NCBI GenBank assembly: GCA_000004695.1
Contig: CM000154.2
Span: forward strand, 1,664,001 to 1,728,000
Source: Dictyostelium discoideum
Lineage: Eukaryota
Length of the DNA: 64,000 bases
Direction: 5' to 3'
Shown here piece after piece: positions 26,685-41,617 of this stretch. The position numbers and the translations under genes are program-made. Each line of letters starts with the position of its first letter. Positions within the stretch are counted from its first letter, which is position 1. The notes below the pieces were generated by a model, which saw only the letters and a list, made by a program, of their open reading frames with translations, was not told where the DNA came from and searched no databases.

Positions 26685-27040
26685 TTTTTTATATATATAA
26701 ATTATTTAGTGAAAAAAAAAAAAAAGAAAAAAAAAAAAAAAAATTAAAAAATCATTTTTTCCAGCATAAAAAAAAAAAAAAAAAAAATTAAAAATAAAAA
26801 TAAAAATAAAAATTAAACCGTTCTACTGAAAATTCGAAATGATAAAAATATCTTAAACAATTGTGATGCAATTGCACCTTTCTTTTGAATTTTCTTTCTT
26901 TAATTTTTTTTTTTTCAAAACAAATTTAATTAATTTGATTTTATAAATAATATCCTAAAATTTTTCTTTATTTTTTTTTTTTTTTTCTTTTTTTTTTCCA
27001 AAACAAAATTAATTAATCTGGTTTTAAAAATAATATCCTA

Positions 27041-27075
<35 letters not shown>

Positions 27076-27216
27076 GTTTTTAAATTTATAATGATATTAA
27101 TTTTTTTAAGAATAGTTGGGGGTTATTAAATAAATATTTATTTTATATGTTTAAATTATAATTTTTTTTATTTTTATTTTTTTTTTATTTTTTTTTTTTT
27201 TTATTATTTGTTTTTT

Positions 27217-28747
27217 TTATTCCATCATACTTGAAGTATCATCAGTGAAATTTGAAGGAGCAACACCACCTCTTGAATTTGAAAAGAAAAGTTCACGACG
27301 AATTTCAGCGGTTATTATATGATGATTATGTTTTCTAAGGATGATTTTAAGTTTTTCTTTTTGATCTTTTGTAATATCAGTTTTATAACGTTGAACAAAG
27401 GATAAGAGAGCACGATGCCATAGTACAGGTAATTCACGAACTTCTTCATCAAACATAACGAAATGATCGACCAAACCATCGATTACACGATATGGAAGAG
27501 CGTATTTTTTATCACACAACATACGAATGAACATACTTGTGGCACCATTGTAACGAGTTAATTGAGATAACTTCATTAAGGCAACCGATGAATGTAATAC
27601 TGGAATTGAAACTTTACAAACAACACTACCAATGATTTTAGCTTCCAACAATGTACAATCACCACTCTCTGCCAATGGTAATAAAATTGCCTTATAAAAA
27701 GCGGCTGGTCTATACAATGATTTCTTTAATGCCATATAGAGATGATAATTTAATTTCTTATATTCTGCAATATTATCTCTAACTCTTGGTAAAACAACAA
27801 TTGATAAAAATCTTTGAGTAATCTTTGAATTTGTACTCATACAAAATAATTTAGTTGCAACTCTAATTGAATGTGGTGTCCATTTATCTGGACGTGTTAA
27901 ATATAATAAATCTTCCCAATTTGTAAAATTTGGTAAAATTCTAAATGCTCTTGGTATTTTACCTGATGTATAAGTTTCTAATAATTTACCAACTCTTTTT
28001 TTTTTTTAAAAAATTATTAGTTAGATTCATTCATAAATATTTTATTATTTTTATTATTTATATTTTTATATTATTATTATTATTATATAAAACTTACTTT
28101 GTATAAACATCAATAACTTTTGGATTAATAGCATTTTCAGAAGATACTTGTCTTGATTCATGTTCTTTTAATTTTGATTCAATGATATCACCAAGAGTGA
28201 AACGAGTTTGAAATTGTTGTTCTTGGCCATCACCACCACCACCACCCATAAACATTGAAAGTACTCTTTCATCTTCTTCATCGATTTCAACTTCACCACC
28301 AACACCAAATTGACTTTCAGTATCAGAGAATTGTTCAAAACCATCATTTTCATCGAAATCATTACCATTTGAACGTCTTTTATTATCATCTTGATCAGCA
28401 TCTTCATCGTCATCATCATCATCGATGAAATCGTTGAATGATAAAAGTTTAGATTGAATTCTCTCTTGTTCAAAAGTTAATAATTTCTCTTGTTTCTCTT
28501 TTTTTCTATCTTCAACTTCAACTTCAATTGCTTGTTCTCTAATTTGATCTAAAATCTTTTTAGATAAGGCTGATGGAATAACCGATTCAGTTTCATCAAT
28601 ACCAGTATCGTTCTCCATTTCGGCTTTCTTCTTTCTTAATTTACCAACTCTTTTATGTGGTTTTTGATATGCACTTTCTGATTCTTCAATTTGTTTACTT
28701 AATGGATCATGTCTTAATTTATGAACTTTTTTTACATCTTTACCCAT
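27217..28747 (-). CDS. Bystin (BYSL/Enp1) homolog, about 475 aa. Two exons: 28098..28747 and 27217..27994.
   Basis: Bystin-like stretches include ...GKIPRAFRILPNFTNWEDLLYLTRPDKWTPHSIRVATKLF..., ...RFLSIVVLPRVRDNIAEYKKLNYHLYMALKKSLYRPAAFYKAILLPLAESGDCTLLEAKIIGSV..., ...KKYALPYRVIDGLVDHFVMFDEEVRELPVLWHRALLSFVQRYK... They are near-colinear with human bystin. The intron is AA|GTAAGT...aaaag, with phase checked. Confidence 0.85.
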
Positions 28748-28805
28748 TTTTTTAAATCCTATATAAATATATATATATATAACTATTTTTTTATAAATAA
28801 ATTTA

Positions 28806-28842
<37 letters not shown>

Positions 28843-29028
28843 CAATCGTTTTGGTCGTTTTTTTTTTTTTCGAAATTATTTTTTTTTATTTTTATTTTTA
28901 ATTTTTTATTTTTATTTTTTTTTATTTTTTTTTTTTTTTTTACAATTTCCTTTTTTTTTTTTTTATGATTGGTTGATTTTATTTTATTTTTTTTAATTTT
29001 TTATTTTTTTATTTTTTTATTTTTAGAT

Positions 29029-29638
29029 ATGATAGAAATTGAAGATCAATCGGATTACCAACAAAAACAAATTAGTTTTTTAGAATCTCAAGTAATTGAA
29101 AAAGGAAAAAGATTAAATAAAATTTTATTATTAGTAAAAGAAGAAAAAGAATTGGAAAATAAAAAATTAAATAAATTAAATGATACACTAAAAGAACAAT
29201 CTGATAAAATTGAAAATTTAAAATTAACTTTAAATAATAATGTAATTATTATTTTTTATTTTTTTTATTCAAAAAAAAAAAAAAAAAAAAAAACAAATCA
29301 AATAATTAATTTTCCAAAAAAAAAAAAAAAAGATAAATAAATTTGAAAAAGAAAAAAGTCAATTAGAAAATGAATTAAATGAATATATTAGAAATAATCA
29401 AATGATAGATTTACAAATTACACAATATTTATCATCAACTTCAAAAAATAACAGTGATTATGATTTAAATAATAAATATATTTTTGAAAGAATTGAATAT
29501 TATAAAAACAAACAAATTGATTTACAAAATAAATTATCAAATTTAAAAACTGTTGACAAAGAAGAAGAAGAATTAAAATCAAAATTTTTAAAATTATCAA
29601 CAATTGAAAAGAAATTAAATGATAAAGTTTTAAGTTCT

Positions 29639-29641
<3 letters not shown>
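29029..29641 (+). CDS. Small coiled-coil protein (about 174 aa), 2 exons: 29029..29241 and 29333..29641
   Basis: ORF 28969 (true ATG at 29029, MIEIEDQSDYQQKQISFLESQ...) runs to AAT|GTAATT. After a poly-A-rich intron, exon 2 is in frame with ORF 29402 (…INKFEKEKSQLENELNEYIRNNQMIDLQ…). Heptad-like K/E/L-rich sequence. No domain recognised. Confidence 0.45.
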
Positions 29642-29672
<31 letters not shown>

Positions 29673-29745
29673 TAAAAAATAATAAAAATAAATTTGTATA
29701 CTATTAAAATTAATTACTATTTTTTTTTTAAATTTATTTATTTTA

Positions 29746-29776
<31 letters not shown>

Positions 29777-29801
29777 TTTATTTTTATTTTTATTTTTAAT
29801 T

Positions 29802-32800
29802 TTAATTATTATAATAATCAAAAATATAAGGTGGTACATAACCTTCAACGATTTTTCTAGAAGTATGAGAATATTTACAAAAATCTTCCAAGAATCTAAG
29901 TAAACCAATAACATCTTCAGGATAATCAGCATCATCTTTATTATTTTCTTTTGGATTAGCTAAAGCGATATTGATATGAGATTTAATGTATTGACCAACA
30001 AAAGCTAAAAACTTTTGAGTATGAAGTGAATGGAATTGTTGAAGTATTGTAATACAACCAATGATGAAAGGTGTCCAATCATAGCTATTCTTTTGTTTCT
30101 TTGAAGACATGACATTCAATTTTGAATTGAATTGGAATTTTGAAACTTGAGAGAGTACGAATAAAAACAATAGACATGGGAATTGTTCCAATGGAGAGGT
30201 GGTGATATAGATCTTTGTGAAAGGGTCATTAATACCTGCAGTATCTAAATACTGAGCCAAATCAAACAATAAAGTATTATCATCACTTGGATAAGGATTT
30301 GAATCTGGACGTTGGAAATGAGATTCTATATCATTCAATAATGATTTATTCATGATATCCAATGAAGAGAATAACATATTCGAATCGATTTTACAATGGA
30401 AATTTAATTGATTTGAAATTTGTCTTCTAATTAATTGAATTTGACCAATCTTTGTTAGGACATCAATGAAAATTGGGTAGAGTAACTTTGTTTTATCCAA
30501 TGCTTGTTGATAACGAATCATTGTGTCTGGTATATTGGTGGTTGGACGTAAGTAATCTTCAAATTCATTCAAGAAACCTTTAAGACTTTTCTCAACCAAA
30601 GAACGAGTTTGACTAACGAAAACTTGTAAATCCTTTACCATCATAAAACTAAACAACTTATCCAAACCTGTTAAACCAAAGATACCAACCGATTGATGAA
30701 GAATTGACCAAGTGTTTATACCAACCAATTCTTTACCACTAGATGGATCGAACCAACCAATTTGATTCAAATATAATGTAGTTTTACAATTGGTTTGATT
30801 TAGCAATTCCCTTGCTAAACGACCAATCATATTGACAGATTGTTGAGAATTTTGATCAGATTGTGATGGGAATTTTGGAATTGGAATTGCAACCGATTGA
30901 TATTGTGATTGCCAATCGTATACTTTTTTCTTTAAAAAACTATTACACTCTTGTTCAACGTAGAAATTGACAATACGTGAAAACTCCTCTTGCCAAATCT
31001 TTAGACCTTGAATGTTTACATAATCTTGAATGTATTGGAATGAACGTCTAAAACCATCCAATATATTTGACAACTCTTTTAGACGTTGTAATAATTCAAT
31101 CTCTTGTTGTTGTTGCTTATTGGATGGTGCTTGATATGGTTTACCACTGAAAATCAATGTTTTATCCATTGCCAATGCAATTTGTAATACCAACTCCTTA
31201 CGAATACCATCCTCGAGTAATTGTTTTGGATCGACTTCAATGATACCAACCAATGTTGTCTCCATTGCTAGAATACCCTCAGTGAAAACCGATACTGAAT
31301 GGGTTGCTCTTGCCAAATCGTATCTTTGATCCAATTGAGCGAAATCTCTTAATCTCTCTTTCTCAACTTTTGTTGGCATCTCTTGAATATTATTAGTTTG
31401 CATATTAATGATTTGTTTTAAGATTAAAAACATTTGTTTTGGTACGATTTCCAATACCTTTCTAACATAACCAACCAATTCACCAGAGTAATACTCTGAT
31501 ACCGATATAAGATCGGGTGATGAACATTGAGCGATTCTAACCAATGGTAAATCGAGAATTGATACTAATTTCAAAAAGGTGGCACGAAGTTTTAGTACAC
31601 ATTTTGGATCGGATTTAATACCCTTTTGCATTTGATCGACATAGTTATTAACGATTTCCCATGCATATGACATATCGGCACAAACTGAAAGATTGACCAA
31701 TACCTCCTCTTTGATATTAACGATTTTAATCATTTTAGTTAAAAATTGTCTAGTTTCAATTAAAAATTGTTTCACTTGAATACTTGAATCGATTTGTTGA
31801 AATTGCTCAACCTCTTCCAATGCCAATGAGAGTTGTTGAATTTTTCTACCGGTACTTGTTGAATCGGTAGAATCTAATTGACTAATCTTTTGAGAGATTT
31901 CACCAAACCATTTTTGAAGATTTTCATTCTTTTTCACACGAGTTAACGCTTTCTCACCAGAGAAATACTCTGAGAGTTCAACCATTGAATCTGATGCCAA
32001 CTTTTTATTCTCTTCCCATTTCTCTTCTTTGGTTGCTAATAATTGTTGGAAAATATTCTTAAAAACAAATTCCAATTGTGCTGTATTCAATAGTAGGTAT
32101 AGTACATCCTCTTGTGAACCACCCATCAATACTAAATCCTTAAATTTCTTTTGACTTGCATTACTATGTAACATAACCCAACGAATTGTAACATTACAAC
32201 GACGTAATGTAGTAATGATCTTATGAACATTATCAACAATATACTCTTCAACCAATAATCCATCAACTAATAAATCATCGACCAACTTATTCAATTCACT
32301 AACTTCTTTCCAAAATCTTTGTGTTTGATATTGTATATTCGATTGTATAATAGTATTACCCATTGCTGTCTTTGCTGCTTTATATGGTTCCCATGCAACT
32401 GATAAATCAATTGTAAATCCTAAAAAAAATGATATAACCCAATTATCTGGGAAAAATTTATCAACAATTTCTCTCATTATTGACTTTTTTTTTTATTAAA
32501 ACAAAAAATTAATTTTAATTATTAATTATCAATTATCAATCATTATTATTAAAATAAATGTATATATACTTACATTTTTATTATTTAAAATATCAGGAAT
32601 GAAATATAATATAACATAAATCATACATGCTTGAGTTGATAATGCAACAGATCTATGTTCAGGTTGTGGGAAAGATTCAGTACCATTATAGAGATCATCA
32701 GAACGTAAACGACCAACAATCATTGAAATTACATTCTCTGGTAATTCAACACGTCTAAAATATTCCTCTGGATAATTTGGTGGTTTCTTTGGTGAACCTG

Positions 32801-33039
32801 GTATATAACCTGTACTCTTACAAAGTTTACATACTTCATCAATTAATGGTAAATCAACAGGTCCTTTGTTTCTAAGGTATGAAATTAACATTCTCTCTCT
32901 AACTGGTCCTTCAATTAAATTATCCATTAAAATTAACATTACACCATATAAATAAACTGCTTCTGATAATAATTGTTTACCATCACCATTTATTAAAATT
33001 GCCTATAATAATAAAATATAGATATACATATTATTGTTA

Positions 33040-33102
<63 letters not shown>

Positions 33103-33605
33103 GTTGTTTAATTGGTTATTATCTATAATAAACTTACCTCAATTGTTAAATGAATATAAAAACCTTTTTCAACATCAACAATATAATGCTCTAAATCCAT
33201 AATATATTTATAAATACTTTCAAATAAATGATAAAATCTAATTAAAATATCAATATGATTATCTCTAAATTCTGTTTCCAAATCAACTAAATCCTAAATT
33301 ATAATTATAATAATGATAATATTATAAATATGATTAGAATTATTATTTTCTCTTTTTTTTTTTAAAAGAAAACTTACAGCATTTTCTTCAATTTTAGATT
33401 CATAAAAATCTGGATTTGAAAGATATTTAAAATCTAATAAAATGTCTTGATATTTTCTAGCTTCATTTCTATCTTCTAATTTGAAAACACTTGGAATATG
33501 TGCACTTAAACGAAGTAATTCAGCAATGATCGCATTACCACGAGATACTAATCTAAGTAGATTTTGACCTGCTTGACTACCTTCCCCTAAAAATTCTTTT
33601 ACCAT
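29802..33605 (-). CDS. Strumpellin (WASH complex subunit 5, WASHC5) homolog, about 1164 aa. Four exons: 33378..33605, 33138..33293, 32574..33002 and 29802..32483.
   Basis: Colinear with human strumpellin from the N terminus ([32 protein letters not shown]...) through [38 protein letters not shown]..., ...KLRATFLKL...[27 protein letters not shown]... to the C-terminal ...[17 protein letters not shown]... The three introns have GTAAGT donors. All exon lengths are phase-consistent, and human strumpellin is 1159 aa. Confidence 0.9.
33055..33110. repeat. (TTA)n microsatellite inside strumpellin intron 2
   Basis: tattattattattattattatt..., read directly. Confidence 0.85.
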
Positions 33606-34544
33606 TTTTTTAAGATCCTTATTTCTTTTTCTTTTTTTTTTTTTTTTTTTTTTTTTTTTGTCGATTAAAAATAAATAAAAATAGTAAAAATTAAAAAATA
33701 AAAAAAAATAAAAATAAAAAAAATAAAATAAAAATTAAAATATAAATAAAAAAAAAAAAAAAAGATTTTTTTAGTTAAACAGTGAAAATTTTTTATAAAA
33801 AAAAAAAAAAATAAAAAAAATAAAAAAAAAAAACAAAAAAATAAAAAAAAAAAAAAAATATTTTGTGGAAAAATAGGATGATGTTTCTCAATTTTAGCTT
33901 AATATTTAAACACTACCCTTTTTAAAATGATATTCTTTGATTTAATACATGGAAATTTTTATTTTTTTATTTTTTTTTTTTTTTGGTTACATGTTTATTT
34001 AGTCAAATTTTTTCATTTTATTATCAAAATCATTTTTTTTTTAAATTGTCAAAAACACACCACATCAAAATGACTTTTTTTTTTTTTCCAATCATGCCCA
34101 TTTTTTTTTTTTTTTTAGTCAATCGCGGCCATTTTATTCCGGACATGGTTTTAATTTTTTTTTTCCAATGTCTCCCGTTTAAATTGAAACATATGAGTTT
34201 TTTTTTTAATTTTTTTTTTTTTCTTAAAAAACTTGAAAACATTTCTTTATTTTTTCACGTTCCTTTTTTTTTTTCAACATTTCACCCACCAGATGTCAAT
34301 TTGGTGCCAAGATATTTTTTTTTTCTTGAAAAACAAAGTGTGTGAAAGCTACACCATCTGATTTCAATTAAAACACACACCAATTCTGTTTTTTTTATTT
34401 TAATTTTTTTTTTTTTTTGCAATATTTTTTATTTATATATTTTCTTTTAATTTTTTAATTTTTTTATTTTTTTATTTTTTTTTTTAATATTAAATCATTA
34501 TTATTTTAAACCAAACCACACAAAAGAAATTGAAAAATAAAAAA

Positions 34545-35904
34545 ATGAAATTTATATTTTCTATTATTACTTTATTTTCAATAATTTCATATGCTAATTT
34601 AGTTTTAGCATCAACCCAAGATTTTTCATCTTTTATTACCAATGTCAGTAAAACATTTAATTTTTTTTTTTCTTTTTTTTTTTCCAAATTTTGATATTAT
34701 TATTATTATTATTATTTTTATTATTTATTATTTAAAAAATATTATATAAACTTATTTAAAAAAAAAAAAAAATAAAATAATAGTTGGAAAATTTTATAAA
34801 TGATAAAACAAAGAGTGTAAATTTAAATGATATTGGTATTCATATGACACCAGAATATTTAAATTTTCAAATTAATCAAACTTATCAAACATCATCGGAT
34901 CTTTTACTTAGAGAGAAATTTTCAAAACTTGTAAATACAATTCCACCATGGTCATCAAAGGATAGTTTTATTATTAATGATGGTAGTGAGCCATTTATGT
35001 TTGAAGAATATTCAGATATAATTAATAATGCTGAATATAATAATGATAAAACTACATTCAAATTTTCATTAGTAAAAGGTCAATTATTAAATTATTTTAG
35101 ATATTCCAGTATTTCCGGTGAACCAGGTTACTACATTACAACATTGAACAAACCAACTGAAAATTATGATACTACAAACGATAATATTAATGATTTATTT
35201 ACAATTCATCAATCGTATGATTTCCAAAATTGGGATTTCAATATTGGTGCTGGTAAAACAGTGGTTCCAGTGACTGATCAATTTAAAATTGAATTTAATT
35301 TATTAAAAGTTGATATCAACAGACTTTCATGGTTTGCTCCATCTTTATTTACTGATAAAACTTGGCAATATGTTAATCCAGGTTATGTTAGCAATGGTAA
35401 TGGAAATGGTATCATACCAAAATTCATTACATCTTTAATTTTAATTAAAGATCTCACTATTACTCTCCAACAAAGTAATCAAAATACTGACATACTTAAA
35501 CAAATTAATGATGAATATTATTCAACTTCAGGTAATTCAATTAGTGTATGTATTTTTTTTTTTTTTTTTTTTAAAAGTTAATTTCATACTAATTTTTATT
35601 TTTATTTTTATTTTTTTATTTTAATAAAAAGTTTGGCCCATTATTAGTAAAAGAAAATGATAAAGTTAGCAATGATGTTGAATTTGTTGGTAATTCAATT
35701 ACAATTCCAGAAATTCAAATGATTGCAGTCGTTAGTGATAACGTTCCATTCTCACCAATAGATATTGTCACATCAACTCCACAACCAACAAATCAAAATC
35801 AAAATCAAAATCAAACACAATCACCTTCAAATTCAAATATTTTAAATCCATCATTATTAATTATTTCTTTGATTTTAATTTCTCTCTCTCTTTTTTTAAA
35901 ATAA
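34545..35904 (+). CDS. Predicted secreted, GPI-anchored protein (about 377 aa), 3 exons: 34545..34643, 34784..35545 and 35632..35904
   Basis: Exon 1 encodes a signal peptide (MKFIFSIITLFSIISYANLVLAS...). The donor is a non-canonical GTCAGT. Exon 2 corresponds to ORF 34784, which has a TTG pseudo-start. Exon 3 follows GTATGT...aaaag and ends in a Thr/Pro/Asn/Gln-rich linker plus a hydrophobic tail (PSLLIISLILISLSLFLK). No family assigned. Confidence 0.5.
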
Positions 35905-36401
35905 ACAATTAAAAAAAAAAAAAAAAAAAAAAAAATCTCACGACTTAAAATGATGTCAACACTGCTTGTTCAAGATTTTTGAGAAAAAATTATAAAAAAA
36001 TAATCCAAATTAAAAATAAAATAAAAAAATAAAAAAAAAATAAAATTTAATTTTTGAAAGTGTGTGTGCGCTAGTGGTGGAAATTTTTTTTTTTTTTTTT
36101 TATTTTTTTTTTTCATCTCTCTTTACATACACTCCACTATTATTATTATTACTGTTTATAGCAATATAAAACTTTTTGTTTTTTAATTTTGTTTTTGTGT
36201 TTTTATATTTTTGTTTTGTTTTTTTTTTTTTTTTTTTTGTTTTGTTTTTTTTAGTTTAAATTTCTCAAATCAAAAAATTAAATATTTAATAAATAAATAA
36301 ATAAATTAATAAATAAATAATAAGTAATTTTGTATAAAAAAAAAAAAATTTCAAAAGGAAAAACTGTTTGTATTTACAACAACAACAATAGCAATTTAAT
36401 C

Positions 36402-37204
36402 ATGCAAAATCCAAGAGCATTAGCAAATATTAGTAATCAAGCACCTTCTTTGCAAAAACAACAAAAGAAGGCTGTTTTATCTCAACCAACACCAACAAAT
36501 ATTAACATTGTTAATTCAGCACCAAGATCTTTTTCAGTTTATACTCAAGAAACTGAACTTGAAAATGCCTATAAAAAAATAAAAGAACTTGAAGAGCAAA
36601 ATAAATTAAAAGATCAAATTATTAAAGACCAAGAACTAACTTTACTATTGTTAACAAATTCAAATGATTATAGTGACAAGTTAACAATTAAACAAACCAA
36701 TAATCGTCTTAGAAAAATTCAACAACAAAATATTGAAATTGAAAGTCTAAAAGAAAAACGTGAAGAAGACCTTTATAACAATGAAAAATCTGATATTCTC
36801 GATAAAAAATTAACTCAACATAGAATTAGATCAATTCAAAAGTTAAAAGCTGAAAATGTAACTATTTTTTATTTTATTTATATATATAAATTAATATTAT
36901 TATTATTATCTCTTTTATTAATTATTTTATTTTATTTTATTTTATTTTATTTTATTTTATTTTTATTTATTTATAGCAAGAACTTCGTCAATTGAATAGC
37001 AATAATTCAAAAGTAGTTAATGTTAATATTGTTAATGAGGAGCAACTTAATCAATCATTACAAACAATCACTGTTTCATCACAACCACAACCACAACTAC
37101 AACTACAATCACCAACACAAGTTGAACAATCAAAAAGACCAATTTATCAATATGATTTGGATTTCGATTATGGTATGGATAATCAACACGTAGGTGAATG
37201 TTGA
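36402..37204 (+). CDS. Coiled-coil protein (about 227 aa), 2 exons: 36402..36857 and 36977..37204
   Basis: MQNPRALANISNQAPSLQKQQKK... with heptad-like K/E-rich sequence. Donor AAT|GTAACT, acceptor ttatag. Exon 2 is in frame with ORF 36992 (QELRQLNSNNSKVVNV...), and the C terminus is poly-Q/P-rich. No domain recognised. Confidence 0.45.
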
Positions 37205-38263
37205 AATTGGTAAAATAAATTTGAAAAATCAAATTTAATGTAAAACTGCATCTAATTTAAAAAATTAATAAAAGGAATAAAATAATAAAAATAAAAATAA
37301 AAATCCAACTTTTAGTTCAATCAATCAAATCAATTGTATTACTGGTTTGTTATTTTTTTATTATTATTATTATGGTTTAGTCACTCAAATTTCTCTTATT
37401 TTATTTTACTTTATTTTAATTTTATTTTTTTAATTAATTTTGAAAAAGAAAACTTCAATAATTCAACCGTCTGTTTGGTAATAATATTTGAAGAAATTGA
37501 GAAAAAAAAAAAAAAAAAAAAAAAAATTTGGCGCCATTTTTTTTTTTTTTTCTTAATTTTTTACAAATATTCATCCCCAAATTAAAATCTCAAATGGGAA
37601 ATGAAAATTTTATGAAATATATTTATTGGTTTTCCAAAGATATTTGAAATTGTAAATAAATAAAAAAAATAAAATAATCAATGATTAATAAAATAAAAAA
37701 TAAAAAATAAAATGAAAAGGTGGATTACCATATTAACTCTAAAATAAACTTTTTTCTTAAGGTTATCTTGAAATAAATAATAATTTTTTTAAAAAAAAAA
37801 AAAAGATTAATTTAATATCGAAATAGTTTTATATTTTTTTTTTATTTAAATTTGGAAAAAGTTTATCACTATAAAAAAAATTCCATTCACTTTTTTTTTT
37901 TTTTTTTTTTTTTTTTTTGCCCAATTTATTATTATTTTTATTATTATCAGATCTTAAAATGTAAAAAGAAAAAAAATTCAAAATAAAAATATTTCCTTTG
38001 TTGTATGGGGTAAATAGATCTGATAAATAAAATGAGCATAAAACTTATATATAATAATAATAATAATAATATTAATAATAATAATAATAATAATAAAAAT
38101 AATAATAAAAATAATAATTAATAAAGATATTAATCTCAAAAAATTTGTATGATGAAAAAAATCAAGAAATCAATTGCATACACACAAAAAAATTATTTTC
38201 ATTCAAAACAAAAGATTTTTTAAAAGAAAAACTTTACGATAAAATGTTGGGAAAAACCAAAAA

Positions 38264-38310
<47 letters not shown>

Positions 38311-39634
38311 CCAATGGTTTGTTTTTTTTTTTTAGATTTTTTAATTTTTTTTAATTTTGTCAAAAAAACCATTATATTTAAGTGGTAAGTTTATAAAAAT
38401 ATATTATCCCAATAAAATCCATAATATTGATTCATATATTATTTTTAAATAAATATAAAAAAAAAAAAAAAAAAGAATAATAATTTTATTATTTAATTTA
38501 TTTATTTTTTTATACTTTTTTTATTATTATTTAAATTAAAACCACCTTTTTTAAAGAAATGGCTAAACATTTGTAACTATACATTTATTGGCAACCTTTT
38601 GATTATTTTAAAAAAAAAATAAAATGAATATTCTAATATTCTGATGAGAATCCCAAAGTAGAAGTTCTTGTTATACTTTGAAAATAAAAATTGGTAAAAT
38701 TTGTTATGATTAATCAAATTAACTTCTTAGTTTAAAAAATAATTTTAATTGTGAGAGTATTTAATTATCTGTCAATGAAATATCTGGAAATTTTTATATT
38801 TAATTTTTTTTTAAAAAATTTTTTTTGAGGGATCATTAATAATAATAATAATAATAGTGATTTTTTAAAAAAAATAGTTAATCTTAGTAAACAAAGTCGT
38901 TCTTATAATATCAAATTTCTGCCAGATATTTTTTTTTTTTTTTTTAAGATATTTTTTATCTTTTTTATTTTCACTTTTTTTTTTTTAAATTTTTTTTTTT
39001 ATTTTTATTTTTTTATATAATCTGAAAAGGATTCTCGCAAGATTAAAATAATTATTATAATTACTTTGAAAAAAAAAAAAAAAGAAAAAAAAAAAAAAAA
39101 TACTCTAACCCATAGTAGTTAATAGATTTATTTAAATCTATGCAAATTTATTGATTGTTTTTTTTTGAAATAATAATTAAAAAAAGAGGAAACGGAAAAA
39201 AAAAAAAAGAATGTAAAAATGTTTTAAAAAAAATTGAAAAAAAGATTTATTGTTTAATTAAATAATTAAGAAAAAAAAATTTATTTATTCATAAATTATT
39301 TGAATTATTTGAGTTGCAAATTTGATTAAATTGAAATAAATTTATAAATTTATAAATATGATTAAATTGAAAGATCTGTTCTTGTGATTGGTTGAATGTG
39401 ATCCTTTTTAACGGAGTTGGCATATATTAATAAATTAAAAATCTTTTTATTTATGAATCTAATATTATTTTTTTTAATTTTTTTTTTTTTTTAATTTTTT
39501 TTTTTTTTTTTTAAATAATTTTCCTTTTCATTTGGTGTGTGAACGAAGATGTTTGTTATAGTGGCATACTTGTATGAGTGGGTGGGCATGATATTCATTC
39601 ACCTAAAATTGAGCGAACATTATTTTTTTTTTAA

Positions 39635-39686
<52 letters not shown>

Positions 39687-39701
39687 CACAAATTGCGAGA
39701 A

Positions 39702-39732
<31 letters not shown>

Positions 39733-40282
39733 TTTTTTGAATCATTTGTTTGTGTGTGTTGTTCAAAAATAAAAACAATAAATATAAAAAAAAGTAGGTA
39801 TGGTATTATTAAAATAACTTTTTTTTTTTTTTTTTTTTCTCTTTCTCCCAAACTATTTTTGTTCTGTTTATTTTTATTTTTTTTATTATATTTTATTTTT
39901 TTTTATGTATCATCATTACCACATTCGTTCACTCGTTTTTTTTTTGTAATGGTTTTAATTTTTTCGCGCTTCTTTTTTTTTTTCCTTTTTTGTTTTTTTT
40001 TTTGTTTTACTCTTTATATATTTTAATAAATGTGGTATTTTGGGATGAATAGAATATTTTATTCAATTAAACTTTAGAAAGTCTTTCGTTTTTTTTTTTC
40101 TAAAATTTTTTATTTTTTATTTTTTTGTTTTTCATAAAAATTATTCCCAAGCTATTTTAAAAAAAAAAAATAACCTATAATCACCCAATAAAAATAATAA
40201 TAATAATTAATAAAAAAAAACAAAATAATAATAATAATAAAATAACCAATTATTATTATTTATTTTTTATTTTTTTTTATAT

Positions 40283-40314
<32 letters not shown>

Positions 40315-41489
40315 CAATTCAATACGATTTGACTTTGCAATTTATTGGAATTGACTTTTTTTACATTAAAAAAATTATAATAATAAAATTAAAATATTAT
40401 GGTGGTTGTGTTGACTGGTGGATACTTCATTGTAGTAAAAAAAAAAAAAAAAAATTAATTCAAAGGATCACAAACAAAATTAATATTTTTTTTTTATCAT
40501 AATTAATTTCCATAAGCTTACCAGTAATATTGGTGTGTTTTTGTTCCATAAAATTAAAATAAAAAAAAAAAAAAAAACTTGTAGCATTATTTTTTAGTAT
40601 ATTGTGGGATGTGTGCTTTGATCAGTTCAATTTAATCAAAATCATATAATATTGTATAGTGTAGTGTAGTTTTTTTTTTTTTTTAAATTTAATTTAATTT
40701 TTCCCACTGCGTTGTTTCTTTTTTTTTTTTTTTTTATTTTTTTAATTATAATAATTAAAAAATTTTTTTTTTTTTTTTGGTGTGCTTTTTTTTTTCTTTT
40801 TTTTTTTTTTATAATAATAATAATAATAATAGTAATATTATATTTATATATATTTTTATAATTATAAACCAATACTAATAAATAATAAATCCAGTTTTAG
40901 ATAACTATAATAAATTATTTTTATTTTTTTAATTTTTTCCAGGTTTCAAAATATTTTTTTTCAGGAAAATAAAAAAACAAACTTAATTGGTTGGAATTTT
41001 TTTTTTTTCCAAAAATCTAATAACTCAAACAGTTTAATATTATTTTTATTTTTTTTTTTTTTCTAGAGAGGTAATTATATTATGGATCTATTTATTGCTA
41101 TTATTAACTTCACACTACACTATTCAAGATTTAAATAAAAAAAAAAAAAAAAAAATTTAAAAAAAAATTAAATTAAATTAATTAAAAGTGTGGTGTGATT
41201 GTTTTTGTTTTTGTATTATTTATTTTTTTATTTTTTTTTTTTATCCAAAAAATAATAAATTAAGTGTTACCATGTCATATAAACCCAATAACCACTCAAT
41301 TTTTCACTTTACAAATTTACAATAAATTAATTTACTTAGTTTCCTCTTTATCACTACTCCAAATTATTATTTTATATAAAATAATATTCACACCCCCCAC
41401 TCAAAAACACACATAAAATTATTTATATCACATAAATTTGTTATAAATACAATAACTCAACCATAATAATTTTAATACCCATTGCTTTT

Positions 41490-41492
41490 TAA

Positions 41493-41529
<37 letters not shown>

Positions 41530-41553
41530 TATTATTATTATTATTATTATTAC

Positions 41554-41617
<64 letters not shown>

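Noticed and set aside
28168-28473. Minus ORF 28168..28473 (M/K/V-rich)
   Set aside because: It is an alternative frame inside bystin exon 1, whose acidic D/E tract reads as M/I/V in another frame.
29694-29935. ORFs 29694..29903 (+) and 29738..29935 (-)
   Set aside because: They are readings of the (TTTTTA)n/(ATTTTT)n simple repeat just 3' of strumpellin.
40380-40550. Possible tiny exons (plus MVVVLTGGYFIVVKK…; minus MEQKHTNITG followed by GTAAGC)
   Set aside because: They are too short, no in-phase acceptor or downstream exon could be found, and the evidence is indistinguishable from chance in AT-rich DNA.
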